NCBI GenBank assembly: GCA_964016885.1
Contig: OZ024742.1
Coordinates: forward strand, 91,264,001 to 91,328,000
Reading direction: 5' to 3'
DNA: 64,000 bases
Origin: Eledone cirrhosa
Taxonomy: Eukaryota
Positions 48,370-60,377 of this stretch are shown one piece after another. How positions within the stretch are numbered: position 1 is the first letter of the stretch; each line of letters begins with the position of its first letter. Both the position numbers and the translations under genes were made by a program. The notes under the pieces were generated by a model, which saw only the letters and a program-made list of their open reading frames with translations, ran no database searches and was not told where the DNA came from.

Positions 48370-50676
48370 TGAGGGGACAAGTTTGAAGATAGCCTCAGAA
48401 GGATTGAAGAAGTGCTGACCAATTTGGATCAGAGTTTCAACATTCTAATGTTGGGAGATTTTAACCTCCCCACGGTCAAATGGTCCGAAAGCCAGCCTCT
48501 CCCAGGAATGACGTCACCTGAACAAAAACAAAAAGAATCTTTGTTGGACCTTACAACCAGATTCTTCGTGGAACAAATGGTACTACATCCAACATGAGGT
48601 GAGAATAGTCTTGATCTCTGCTTCACGAATAACACGGAGTTCATCCACACCAACGATTTTCTCCGACCACGTCATAATAGAACTAGGAATGTATATTCCC
48701 AGGAAGACTGTAAATATACATCCGACAGGAAGCACTCAGTCTCTATCCAGCCTAAACTTCCACAAAGTTAACTGGAAAAGGATTTAGGAGGAGCTCCTGA
48801 AGCAAAACTGGGTCGACAGTCTCTCTATGGAAGATGTCAACATACAACTTGAACAATTCATGGAAATAACACAAGCTATATGCTCCAAGTTTGTCCCGGA
48901 GAGAAAGGCCAACAGACACAAGAATATTATTCCCAGAGACAGGAGAATCCTTATGAAAAGAACGAATATCTCAAACCGGCTACATACATAAATAAGGAAC
49001 AAGGCGGAATCCCATTTGAAGCAGGCTCTGTTACACACTGAAAATGAACTCAAACTCTCCCATGACAAGGAGAGGGAAGAAAGAGAAGCAAGCCAGAGCT
49101 ATAGAAAACGTAAAGACGAACCCTAATGCCTTCTTTAAATTTACAAAAGGGATTGCTTTGGTACATTACGGGCTAGGGCCACATTTCCATAAAAGTGGCT
49201 CCCTGACCACAGACCCACAAGAGATAAGTGAGGCACTGAATGAACAATACAAAAATGTTTTCACACTTCCAATGAGTTACATTCAAATAAATAAGCCAGA
49301 TGAGTTCTTCAACGCAACTATATTACACAGAGAAATGGTAACCATCAACCACATAGATATAAGGGTAAAATATATAATATCAGCCATAGACTGCAAATTC
49401 GGCAGCTGGTCCTGATGGTTTCCCAGCAATCCTCCTAAAAACATGCAAAACCACTGCATATCCCCTTCCCAAGATCCCTTGAAAGTGGTAAAGTACCCGA
49501 AAAACTAAAAGAAGGCATAATATAACCTATCCATAAAGGTGGAAACAGGGCAGATGCTGAAAATTACATACATGTCTCCCTGACCTCAGATATTAGCAAA
49601 GTCATGGAACAAATCATCACATGGAAATTGATCACTTTTCTAGAGGAAAACGATCTTCTGTCACCCAGCATAGTTTTCGTCCGAATAGAAGTTGTACTAC
49701 GCAGCTCTTACTATATTATGACTGGATACTCAAGATGCTAGACCGTAGATGTGATATATCTCTACATTGCGAAGCCCTTCAACAAGGTTGATCATGGAAT
49801 GATATGTTACAAACTACGTAGCTTTGGCACAGCTGGAAAACTAGTTTATTTAATGCAGTTAATTTTGAAGCACTCTGCTGTCAACCCACATATATAGGAC
49901 CACCACATCAAAAGTAAACTGGACCAAGAGGAATCTAAATCCCCGAGTAAAAATGAATACGGGTCCTGGGTATTGACATAAGCAATGGTGCATCATTTCA
50001 TGCACACATCACCAAAATGACGGCAATGAGCTGACGACGGGTTGTATTCTGAGGACCTTCAAGAGACTCGGAAACCATGTTGGTCCTCTGGAGGACTTTC
50101 ATCCTCAGCTGACTGGAGTATTCTCAGCTGTGGTCGCCCCACAGTGTCAAACTAACCGCAGAAATTGAAGCAATTCAACGAAGCCACACCAAGAGAATTG
50201 CCTCAATGAAAGAGATGAGCTACTGGAAGAGGTTGAAGAAACGAAAACTTTACTCTCTGGAGCGGAGACGGGAGAGATACGCAGTGACATATATATGGAA
50301 GATCCTGGAAGGGTTAGCACCAAACCTTGGCATTGAAGGCAGGACCAGCTCACGAACAGGACGCCACTCTGTAGTGCCAAAGGTTCCATCAGGCGCATCA
50401 AGTATAAAAACCACATACTGCAATAGCCTGTGGTTTAAGGGACACCAGCCTTTTAATAAGCTGCCAAAAATATGAGAGATCTACAAGGTGTGCATGTAGA
50501 TGTTTTCACGAGACATCTTGACCAAGATCCCTGATTAACCGGCAGCAGGAGGCGAAGCGCAAATAAGAGCAGCAGCAACAACTCTTTTTTGCATCAATTG
50601 CTAACCAGGGAAGGTTGGCTATAGAAAGTGAAGCATGAATGACGGTGACCCAGCATGGCCGCACCCTCACGGCTGA
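48365..50676 (+). mobile_element. CR1-like LINE, degenerate APE endonuclease and RT with internal deletions
   Basis: MLGDFNLP, LDLCF, SDH, QHSFRPNRSCTTQLL, AKPFNKVDHG, QLWSPH, IEAIQRSHTKRI, SYWKRLKKRKLYSLERRRERY. Confidence 0.9.
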
Positions 50677-50767
50677 TATATATATTACTCTATCGCTATA
50701 TATATATATTACTCTCGTAATAGAGTAATATATATATATTATATACTTATGTGTGTGAGGTATATAA

Positions 50768-50865
<98 letters not shown>

Positions 50866-50897
50866 ATATATATATATGAAAACAGGGAGAAAGGGAC

Positions 50898-50931
<34 letters not shown>

Positions 50932-50967
50932 TAACTCGTGTGCTTCCGCTCCACATTTTATTATTAT

Positions 50968-51083
50968 TATGGATTGGCAGTATCGGTAGAGAGTCGGACA
51001 CCATGCTTTGAAGCATAGAGTTACGTCCCTTTATGATCTGAGTTCAAATCCCGCCGAGGTTAACTTTGCCTCTCATCCTTACA
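50968..51083 (+). mobile_element. tRNA-derived SINE 5' part
   Basis: tggcagtatcgg...gagttcaaatcccgccgagg. Confidence 0.85.
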
Positions 51084-51137
51084 GAGAAAGCGAGAGAGAT
51101 AAATATACTCGGGTGTGTATGATTGTGTATAGAAGAT

Positions 51138-51435
51138 TATATTAATAAAAGGAATTCCAACTTTGTCTGATTTACTCGTTTTATTTACAATCCTTTAACA
51201 TTTATAATGGTATTAGAATGAAATAGTATGGTAGAATATTAAATGTTAAGTGTTAATTGACTGTCACCACACAATATGAACCTGAAGATTGCGAAAGCAT
51301 GAAAGTACTTGTTCAATTAACACTTAACATTTAATATTCTACCATACTATTTCATTCTAATACCATTATAAATTTTAAAGGATTGCAAATAAAACGAGTA
51401 AATCAGACAAAGTTGGAATTCCTTTTATTAATATA
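51138..51435. mobile_element. Inverted-repeat element with a hammerhead in the spacer
   Basis: Arms 51138-51260 / 51313-51435. Confidence 0.88.
51277..51315 (+). ncRNA. Minimal type I hammerhead
   Basis: tgaac-CTGAAGA-t-tgc(gaaa)gca-t-GAAA-gtac-TT-gttca. Confidence 0.85.
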
Positions 51436-51446
51436 TATATATATTA

Positions 51447-51555
<109 letters not shown>

Positions 51556-51591
51556 CGGTGCTGAGACTGAGCTCTTTCCTCTCTCTTTCTA

Positions 51592-51627
<36 letters not shown>

Positions 51628-51650
51628 CCGTGTCCATACACACTGTGTAT

Positions 51651-51684
<34 letters not shown>

Positions 51685-52080
51685 ATGCATATGGATTGCT
51701 ATAAAGACGCTTACAGTCATGTGTACGCTCGCATACACACAAATACATACACACAAACACGCACACACACATACATAACGAAACAATCATAATACAATGT
51801 CGAGTCATGCTGTATAGACAGTGAGAAACTGACGTAAGAGCAAAAGTTGCACTAATAGTCACGATGATTAGATATCGGATCCGTTGTGTTGTAAATTACA
51901 AAATATTGACCTCTCTTGAATAACAGAGTGAAATTGAACGACACTGTACAATGCAGAGTATTTAGCGAGCGACTGTATTTATGTTTGAGTGTGAGAAAGT
52001 GTATGTGTCAATATGAGAAAGAGCCTTGTGCCGGTGTGTGAAGGCCACTATGTTTACATATGTGTACAGTGTTGAATCCC

Positions 52081-52136
<56 letters not shown>

Positions 52137-52156
52137 GTATATATATGTATATATAA

Positions 52157-52385
52157 GTTTATCCCGGGTTCAATCGGGGGTAACCACAGTAAGTAAGGTA
52201 CTCAATACAAAGCAGAGTATAAATATTTAATATAGAAAAGCTTCTACAGGACTAGAACTGTTTCATTCGTGAGAAATCATCAGGAAGCTGACTGTTCAAG
52301 TAATATGGTGGTATTTATTACTTGGAAAGTCAGCTTCCTCATGATTTCTCACGAATGAAACAGTTCTAGTCCTGTAGAAGCTTTT
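52157..52385. mobile_element. Family A fold-back with two inverted hammerheads (52239-52289 -, 52332-52382 +)
   Basis: agcttc-CTGATGA...GAAA-cagttctagtcctg-TA-gaagct; the + copy has CTCATGA. Confidence 0.85.
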
Positions 52386-52493
52386 ATATATACATATATA
52401 CATATATATATACATGCCGGAGCATGGCCTCAGCCGGATGCCTGGAACAGGTAAAAGAGTAAAAGTGTATATACAGGTATATATATATATACA

Positions 52494-52554
<61 letters not shown>

Positions 52555-52559
<5 letters not shown>

Positions 52560-53145
52560 ATATGTAACCCGTGTGCAACCACGCAGTATTCCACTTTCTT
52601 CCCGTGTTTTTCATACATATTTACCTCGGCGGCGATTATCTGTTTCTCTCTTTCTCTCTTACTGCTCCCCCGTTCTCTCTGTTTCTATCACCTTCTTTCG
52701 CCCCCTCTGTCAGTTACACTTTCTCTCGAATGACCTCTTCCTCGCACTTCCACTCACTCACTCTCTGTTTCTCCCCTTCTCACTCCTCCCGTTCGTTAGT
52801 AGTGGGGTTCTTTCTTTCTCACATCTCATTCCCGGCGGAGGGTCTGTTTTCTGTCGCTTATGAAATTCACCCAGCTTATGCTGACCGGATAACCATCATG
52901 TTGCTTGCTGTTTTCCTACCTTCGGTTTGCTTTTCCTTCTATGTTGTTTAATTGTCTCACTCGCTTTACGCGATTCACTTGTCCCAATAGCTTATTTTAG
53001 TTATTGCTCGCATCAACCTGAGGTATCTGATTTTTAATGCGATGAAATACCAATGATGGTTGGCAAATCACTGATGAGGGACTAATTTTATAATATGTAA
53101 CCCATGTGCAACACCGCAGTATTCCATTTTCTTCCCATGTTTTTC

Positions 53146-53147
<2 letters not shown>
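52555..53147 (+). mobile_element. Family C element (~1.1 units) with rearranged hammerhead at 52981-53082
   Basis: Terminal direct repeat with period ~533; (TA)n flanks. Confidence 0.85.
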
Positions 53148-53179
<32 letters not shown>

Positions 53180-53180
53180 A

Positions 53181-53370
53181 TAACGAGGGAGTTGTGGTAA
53201 GGAACCACATGGACCATAACGCACCAGATTACTCAATACTTAGGGTAGTAGAGTGGGTAATAGGAAAATGTATGACCCCGACGGCAGAACTTAAGCCGTT
53301 TCGACGGCTTTTTCTGGATTCCAGAAATAGCCGTCGAAACGGCGTGAACTCTGTCGTCGGGGTCATTCAT
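53181..53370 (-). mobile_element. Family B fold-back element
   Basis: Arms ~53272-53318 / 53320-53367; GAAA-cggc(ttaagttct)gccg-TC-ggggtc. Confidence 0.82.
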
Positions 53371-53617
53371 ATATATATATATGTGTGTGTGTGTACATAT
53401 ATATATATATATATATACTCTGTTTATGTTTACCGTATTCCAGTAATTCATCACATAATCTTTGTGATTTACACATGATGCCGTCGACAATTGTTTTGTG
53501 TCATGATCTGATGACGTAAGCCATAGAAATACGTATTGTTAGTTTTTCAATGAATATTTGGAATCTGGCTTTCTATTAATATATATAAATATATATATAT
53601 AAATATATATATATATC

Positions 53618-54691
53618 GCCCCCCTTGTCACCACCCTCACCTCCCACATATCCGACACCAACCACGCCCTGCGCCTTTTCGACTCCTTCACCTACCCACC
53701 CGGCCCACAGCCCTTCCTCTTCACCCTAGACATCAAGTCCTTCTATACCGTCATCCCGCACGCCGACGGCCTACGTACCCTCAAGCACTACCTCGACCTT
53801 CGCCCCTCCCCCATCCCCTCCACCTCCACCCACCTTCGCCTCGCCGAGCTGGTCCTCACGCTCAACTGTTTCTCCTTCTCGGGTGAGTTTTACCAACAGG
53901 TCACGGGGGTAGCCATGGGTACAAGAATGGGCCTGAACTATGCCAACCTTTTTGTTGGCCATGTTGAGGCTCAAATCTTTGCCCAGTACACCGGCTCCAC
54001 GCCCGAACTGTACAGTCGTTACATCGACGACTGTATCGGAGCCACGACCCTCACCCGAGAACAGCTCGACTCCTTTCTCTCCTTCTTCTGCTCCTTCCAC
54101 CCCTCCCTCCGCTTCACCACCTCTATCTCCACCACCCACGTCCACTTCTTAGACATCTCCGTCGTCACCTCCGCCTTCTTCAAACCCACCGACTCCCACT
54201 CCTACCTCGACTTCACCTCTTCCCACCCCACACACACTAAACACTCCATTCCCTACTCCCAACTCCTCGGGATCCGCCGCCTCTGTAGCCGAGATGCTGA
54301 CTTTGAGTCCCAGGCCCTTTCCCTAGTCAGCCATTTCATCCGCAGAGGTTACCGCCCCTCTCTCGTTCACACCGCTCTCACCCGCGCCCGTGCTGTCCAC
54401 CGCTCCACCACCCTCACCCCACGCCACCGCACACCCACCTACCGTCTCCCCTTCCCCATCACCTACCACGCCTCCACCATACCCCTCCACCGCACCATTC
54501 TCCGCCTCTTCCGACGCCTCCAGTCCGACCCCTCCACCTCCCACATCTCCCCAACCCCACACTCCACAGTCTGTGGCCTACTCCAATGCCACGGAACACC
54601 CGCCACTCTCCTCAGGGTCGAACAACGAACCATCTTCACCCTACAGACCCACACTCCCCCCGGCCTGAACTCCCCATCCTTATTCCTTTAG
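53618..54691 (+). pseudogene. Penelope-like (probably Neptune-type) RT, 5'-truncated, open for 357 codons, fused to the GIY-YIG C-terminal tail
   Basis: SHISDT, FTLDIKSFYTVIPH, GVAMGTRMGLNYANLFVG, RYIDDCIG, FLDISV, KPTDSHSYLDFTSSHP, SIPYSQ; ends EQRTIFTLQTHTPPGLN. Confidence 0.9.
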
Positions 54692-56178
54692 CCTTCGACC
54701 GCCCCCCTCCCCCCACACATATCCCCCACTAACACCACTAACACACCCTCCTTTACATTGCCCACCCCACAACTAACAATACTAACACCTCCACCCCACA
54801 CCCGACCACCCTTCCCCAACTAACATACTAACATCCCTCCCTTATTCTCCTCCCCCTCCTTATCACACGCACACACCCACCGGTACATATATACACGCGC
54901 TCACACTAAACACACACCCTACTACCACCACTAACCCTCACCCCCACACATCCACCCCACCACCCGCAACTAACATCACTAACACCCCTCGACCCTAAGC
55001 ACACGAACACACACACCCACTTACACCACCCACTCTACACGCAACTAACATCACTAACACCCACCAACCCTACGCACACGAACACACACACCCTCTTACA
55101 CCACCCACTCTACACACCCTACCACCACTGACCCCCACTCACACCCGCATTCAACCCTTTCTCCACCTCCAGTATACTAACATCCCCTTCACCACACACA
55201 CACTCATCCAAACACGCACACACACACCAGTACACTACACTACCTCCATCGGCCCCCACAACCTTCCCTCCCCGCACCACCCACACCCTTTCTCAAACAC
55301 ACACACATCCCACTAACACTTCTACTAATACACACACACCGCCTCCTCACTCTAACTTTCACACCTACCCATCCCCTCCCCTGTCCACCGCACCTCCGCA
55401 CACACTGACACACCGACTTTCTTCACTTACCATTCTACCCTACTGCTGCTATGCCTCTCTGACCACCTTCCCGCACACACAGACACACAACCCTCCTCCT
55501 GCCTTGACCCTCTGACCACTTCCTGTTGCGCGCGCACCCCACATCTCCCCTCTTCCGACCAATCTCTTCACGGATTACACATATGTGAAACTTGATCCCG
55601 AGAATCCACCACATCCCAAGGATATTACTCAGCATTCCACCCCACCGTCTACGGAATTACCTTAACGACTCACCCACGGACATACACCCCAAAAAATTTT
55701 TTTTCCCCCACACGCCACCTACATCCACAACACGCATAAACACCACACACACACGTGCGTACCACCACATATTTACACATTCAGCCTCCGGAATCCTCTC
55801 CCCCACCCCTCTATCCACACACGCACACACACTCCGACCCACACCCCACCCCACACACACCTCTTCCTGAACATGCAACCCCGTTCTTCCCCCAACTCTT
55901 ACTTTCACATACACACACACACACACATGTACACCTACACACACACACCACCTTCAGCCCTCCCCGCTCGGACTCCCTCTCCCCACTCCACCCGCCACCA
56001 CCCCTACACGCCCCACACCCTTCCACCACCTGTTTTACTCCATGTGTATTTTTAATTTTATTTTGATCATGCCTTTATATTTAATTTCATTTGTACCGTT
56101 TCCTCTCACCCCCTTTTTTCTATATGTCTCTCCACCACTCCCCTACACACCCTTGGAACTCTCTTCCCACACACTTTT

Positions 56179-56212
56179 CACCTGAAGAAGGGCTTATGCC
56201 CGAAACGTCGTT
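56179..56212 (+). ncRNA. Minimal PLE-type hammerhead
   Basis: CTGAAGA-a-gggc(ttat)gccc-GAAA-cg-TC; stem I short. Confidence 0.8.
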
Positions 56213-56309
<97 letters not shown>

Positions 56310-56456
56310 AGAGATAGAGAGAAGGGGAAAGAGAGAGATGACTCAGCATGGCCGCAGTATAATGAACGGAACCACAAAAAAAAAAAAAAAAGATCGCAAA
56401 ACATACACACACACACACACATACATACATTCATTCATACATACGTAGCATATATA

Positions 56457-57204
56457 CTAGCGGCCTCCCGGTCTGTACCGTGCTCAAATCTATTTATAAG
56501 GCAATGCCAATTTTCCTTGATATAAAAGATGTTAAAAGGTATTTAAATATTGCATAAAAAAAATTTTTTTTAATATTTAGAATAACTAAATACAGAAAGT
56601 AATAAGGAAAATAATAGAAAAATGTATTTTACGAAAATTATAAAACATTTACAGAACTTCTGTATATACAATGTTTTAACGTTTTTATTTGAAGAGTTTG
56701 TCGGTCTACCTTGTCTGGAATAACCTACCTACAAGTGACCATGTGAGAAACAGCCATCTTCTAGATGGAGACCGACAACCTGCAGGGTTTGACCTTGGGA
56801 CTTGTTAATGGTCATTGCGTAACCGACTCTCACTGGAAATTGTAATCGTTTCAAACAAAACGTGACATTTGTTGGCATTAACGGTATTCTAGGTATAAAT
56901 ACGATATCTCCATTACCACATCCAGTGAAGACCTTGGTTTCGATAATGTGAGGCTATAGCTCAGTCGCAACCATGCGCGTCCCATTGCAGAATTTTGGCT
57001 GATCCAAGTTTCTAAGAAGCATGATGATTGTGCCCTTCTTAAATGCAAGGTTGTTGTGGCAGCATACTGGACGGTTCTAGACTGTTGAGAAATTGTGATA
57101 TGCTGGTGGGCAAGCATTGTTCTTTCACACATCCACTTCTCGTTGGAATGGTGGATTTCGAAATCGGGGAACACTTGATTACTTACGTTTACAACGCTTT
57201 CCAC
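56457..57204 (-). mobile_element. Helitron 3' end with PIF1-helicase C-terminal remnant
   Basis: IIMLLRNLDQPKFCNGTR, VFIPRIPL, RLQFPVRVGYAMTINKSQGQTL, CFSHGHL; terminal hairpin cggt-acag-accg then CTAG|T. Confidence 0.9.
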
Positions 57205-58990
57205 AACAGAAAAAAATGATGAAGGATCAAAACATCTTTAAGTGTCAAGGGATTGCTTTTTTATATTTTAAAACGGTTGATACGTGCTTATCTGTAACAC
57301 CAAGGGCCCCTTACTCCCTACCTCCGTTTCGGAAAAAGAAGTCGTTGGCGAGGATTGGGTTAAGATCCATCCACACCAAAACTCTTTCTTCGTCCTCACT
57401 AAGATCCATCTTGACAACTCCCACTTGGAAGTCGAAATGAAGGTGAGGAATTTTACAACCATTTGCGCGGATTGTGTCGGCAGAAGGAAGGGAGATTCTG
57501 CCATTTTCCGGCATGGTTCCTTTACGGCAGACGAAAATATATTTCCCAATGGCTACTGGGAATCAATCACCATGCACAACAGAGCCAATTATTTGATAGT
57601 AGTTGGGCTCTATAGACCACCCCAAATGCCCTTAACAGCATTAAGTGTTTTATACAACAGTGCCATTCTGGTAACATACTAATGATGGGAGACTTTAATC
57701 TACCTTGTGTTGATTGGTCAACAAACAGTTTGAAGCCAGTTACTTCCACCTCAACCGCTGACAAAGCAGCAGTAGAATCACTTTTTCTTGTCCCAACGTA
57801 TCCCTGCACTAACAAGATATCAGAAAAAACATTTTGGACCTAGTGTTTAGTAACTACACTAACACTATACATAATATTACAGTGAAAAATACCCTTATCT
57901 CAGACCATGACATTGTTCTCTGTAACCTGAGATTCTACCAGCCGAAAGCTAAACCCAATGACATCCCTCCAGCTCACCCATTTTATAACATGGATCTTTA
58001 TAATACCAACTGGGATACAATCAGTAACGATCTATCACATGTTGACTGGTCTTTAACACACGCACACATCTCCACTAAATTCAAAACATACTGGTAGATA
58101 TTTGTAGACACTTATAAATATATCTGCAAAACACGCCCCATCAAGATCTCTGAACAGAATTAAGTTTAGAATCCCCCAAAGCAGAAACACTACTATCAGG
58201 AAAATTTAAATGAACAAACAAAAAATTCAACAAACGGAAATACTGCCAACAGCAACACACACATTCGAATGCTATCGCACTGCTCGAATTAAAAAAATAT
58301 AATCCCCAACAATGCATGAAGACCATCATCAATAACCAAAGAATAGCTGATGAGGAATATGCCATTGAGAAAATCAAACTCAACCCCAAGATGTTATTTT
58401 CATTTGCAATTAAGCACAGGGTCACTGTCGACACTCTGCGCTCTCTGATTGAAGAAAATTACATTGTCCGAGATAATGCTAAAGTATTCGGTGAGATACT
58501 GCAGAAACAATACTGTTCTGTTTTCAGCAATCTTGATATGGCTGATATGGGCTGTATCAGTGATATTAATCCCCAACACACTATATCCGACATAATGTTT
58601 GGCGCCCCTGATGTCTTAGCGGCAATAAACGAAATTAAACACAACCCAGCAGTAGGCCCGATAGGTTCCCTCTTAGTGTTCTGAAGGTGTGTCGACACCA
58701 ACTTGCATCTCCTCTAGCTAATATGTGGAGGAACTCACTGGATGCTGGCTACATACCTGAAAGCTTTCATTCCCAGTCTCAAGCTCCAGAAGGTCATCAA
58801 TGAAGTGGGAGACCGGACATGATTTCAATCAGATCTAATGCTGATATCCAAAGGATTGAAAAAAAAAACAATATGCTGCTGAACAAGGATAAATTCGAAT
58901 TAATCCACTTGGGAAAAGAGGATGCAATGGAACTCTTATATTCCTTTCCCTGTTGTCCACTGTGGTCTCCCCACAGGAAACAATTATTGC
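57205..58990 (+). mobile_element. Degenerate CR1/L2-like LINE ORF2 (APE endonuclease and deleted RT)
   Basis: LYRPP, MGDFNLP, LDLVFSN, ISDHD, IEKIKLNPKMLFSFA, NNMLLNKDKFE, CPLWSPH. Confidence 0.82.
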
Positions 58991-59344
58991 TAGTAATATA
59001 GATATGCTCCTAAATATGTTTTTGGTAGAGCTTATATGGCTGAAAGATTTTGGCTGCAATTTCTAGATCTCAATATACATTTCACGTCACCGAGACAATG
59101 CTTAGACGCAGAGGTTTAAAACCATGTGAATTTTTTCTTCAATATCGGGTCTGTATTAGAGGTGTGAGTTCATAGTTCAACCAACCTCGTACTGATGATC
59201 CATTGAGTGGCTATTGAACTCAGCCATTTAATTGTTGAAACATATTCTTAAGCAATAACAGAATATGTATGCAGGGATGTGAATAATTACTGAAATTCAG
59301 GTATTTACAATTTAAATATGCCACCTTTTGCCACATATATATAG

Positions 59345-59460
59345 TGAAGGCGCGTGATTGAGTGATTAGATAATTGGATTAGAGAATTGGAAGTTGTTAG
59401 TTCGATTCCCGGACCGGGCGATGCGTTATGTCCTTGAGCAAGACACTTTATTTCACGTGG
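59345..59460 (+). mobile_element. Second tRNA-derived SINE family, 5' part
   Basis: B-box gttcgattcc followed by gtccttgagcaagacacttta. Confidence 0.7.
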
Positions 59461-59568
59461 AAGCGAGCAAGAGATAACAACATGAATGGACCTGTTATTT
59501 TTATCTAAAGAAATTTTTTTCCAATTCCAACCCGCCCGTCCCCTCAATCTATCTTATTTCTTATTCTC

Positions 59569-59604
59569 TCTTCTGGTGAAGGACTAGCGTCGGAAACGTT
59601 AAGA
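59569..59604 (+). ncRNA. Family D hammerhead with mutated core (CTGGTGA)
   Basis: Homologous to 35276-35311 including the downstream tail. Confidence 0.65.
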
Positions 59605-59680
59605 CCCTCTTCCTACTGTATCAAGCGTTAACCTAATATATCCTTTCCACTGTACCTATTATGTTGTTATTCCTGTTTAC

Positions 59681-59732
<52 letters not shown>

Positions 59733-59736
<4 letters not shown>

Positions 59737-60331
59737 AAAGAATAGAGGTGTAACACACAAGTTATTATATATTGGTAAACGGAATAGAAAATGCTGACAA
59801 ATTGTTCACAGTTGAAAAATGGTTTAATTAGGAATAAAAGAGTATTAGTGATTGTATGGGTTAGTATTCAGTTGTGGTTTTAAGTTTTTAAGTTTTTACC
59901 GGTTGCGCATTTCTAAATGCTTTTCAAAAATAATTTTGAGATTGAGTGTCCGTGTTGTTTGCTCTGATCTGATTAGTTTTGGGAATTCTACCTGTTTTTA
60001 TGTTAAAAAAGTGGCTCTAATTTGCAAAAAATCTTGTGGTCAAAACAATTGGTCAAAATTGTTTTGACCACAAGAATTTTTGCAAATTAGAGCCACTTTT
60101 TTAACATAAAAACAGGTAGAATTCCCAAAACTAATCAGATCAGAGCAAACAGCACGGACACTCAATCTCAAAATTATTTTTGAAAAGCATTTAGAAATGC
60201 GCAACCGGTAAAAACTTAAAAACTTAAAACCACAACTGAATACTAACCCATACAATCACTAATACTCTTTTATTCCTAATTAAACCATTTTTCAACTGTG
60301 AACAATTTGTCAGCATTTTCTATTCCGTTTA

Positions 60332-60341
<10 letters not shown>
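59733..60341. mobile_element. Fold-back insertion with ~285-bp palindromic arms in (TA)n
   Basis: 59766-60050 / 60057-60341 with 6-nt loop; an arm ends ...LKPQLN, possibly a decayed PLE GIY-YIG end. Confidence 0.85.
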
Positions 60342-60373
<32 letters not shown>

Positions 60374-60377
60374 TACA

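Larger units (their letters stand above)
53618..56215 (+). mobile_element. Penelope-like element with long C/A-rich 3' region, terminal hammerhead and (TA)n flanks
   Basis: RT ORF, low-complexity 3'UTR, HHR immediately before (TA)n. Confidence 0.85.

Noticed and set aside
53771-56066. Gly/Val- and Pro/His/Thr-rich ORFs overlapping the PLE
   Set aside because: Alternative frames of C-skewed, low-complexity sequence.
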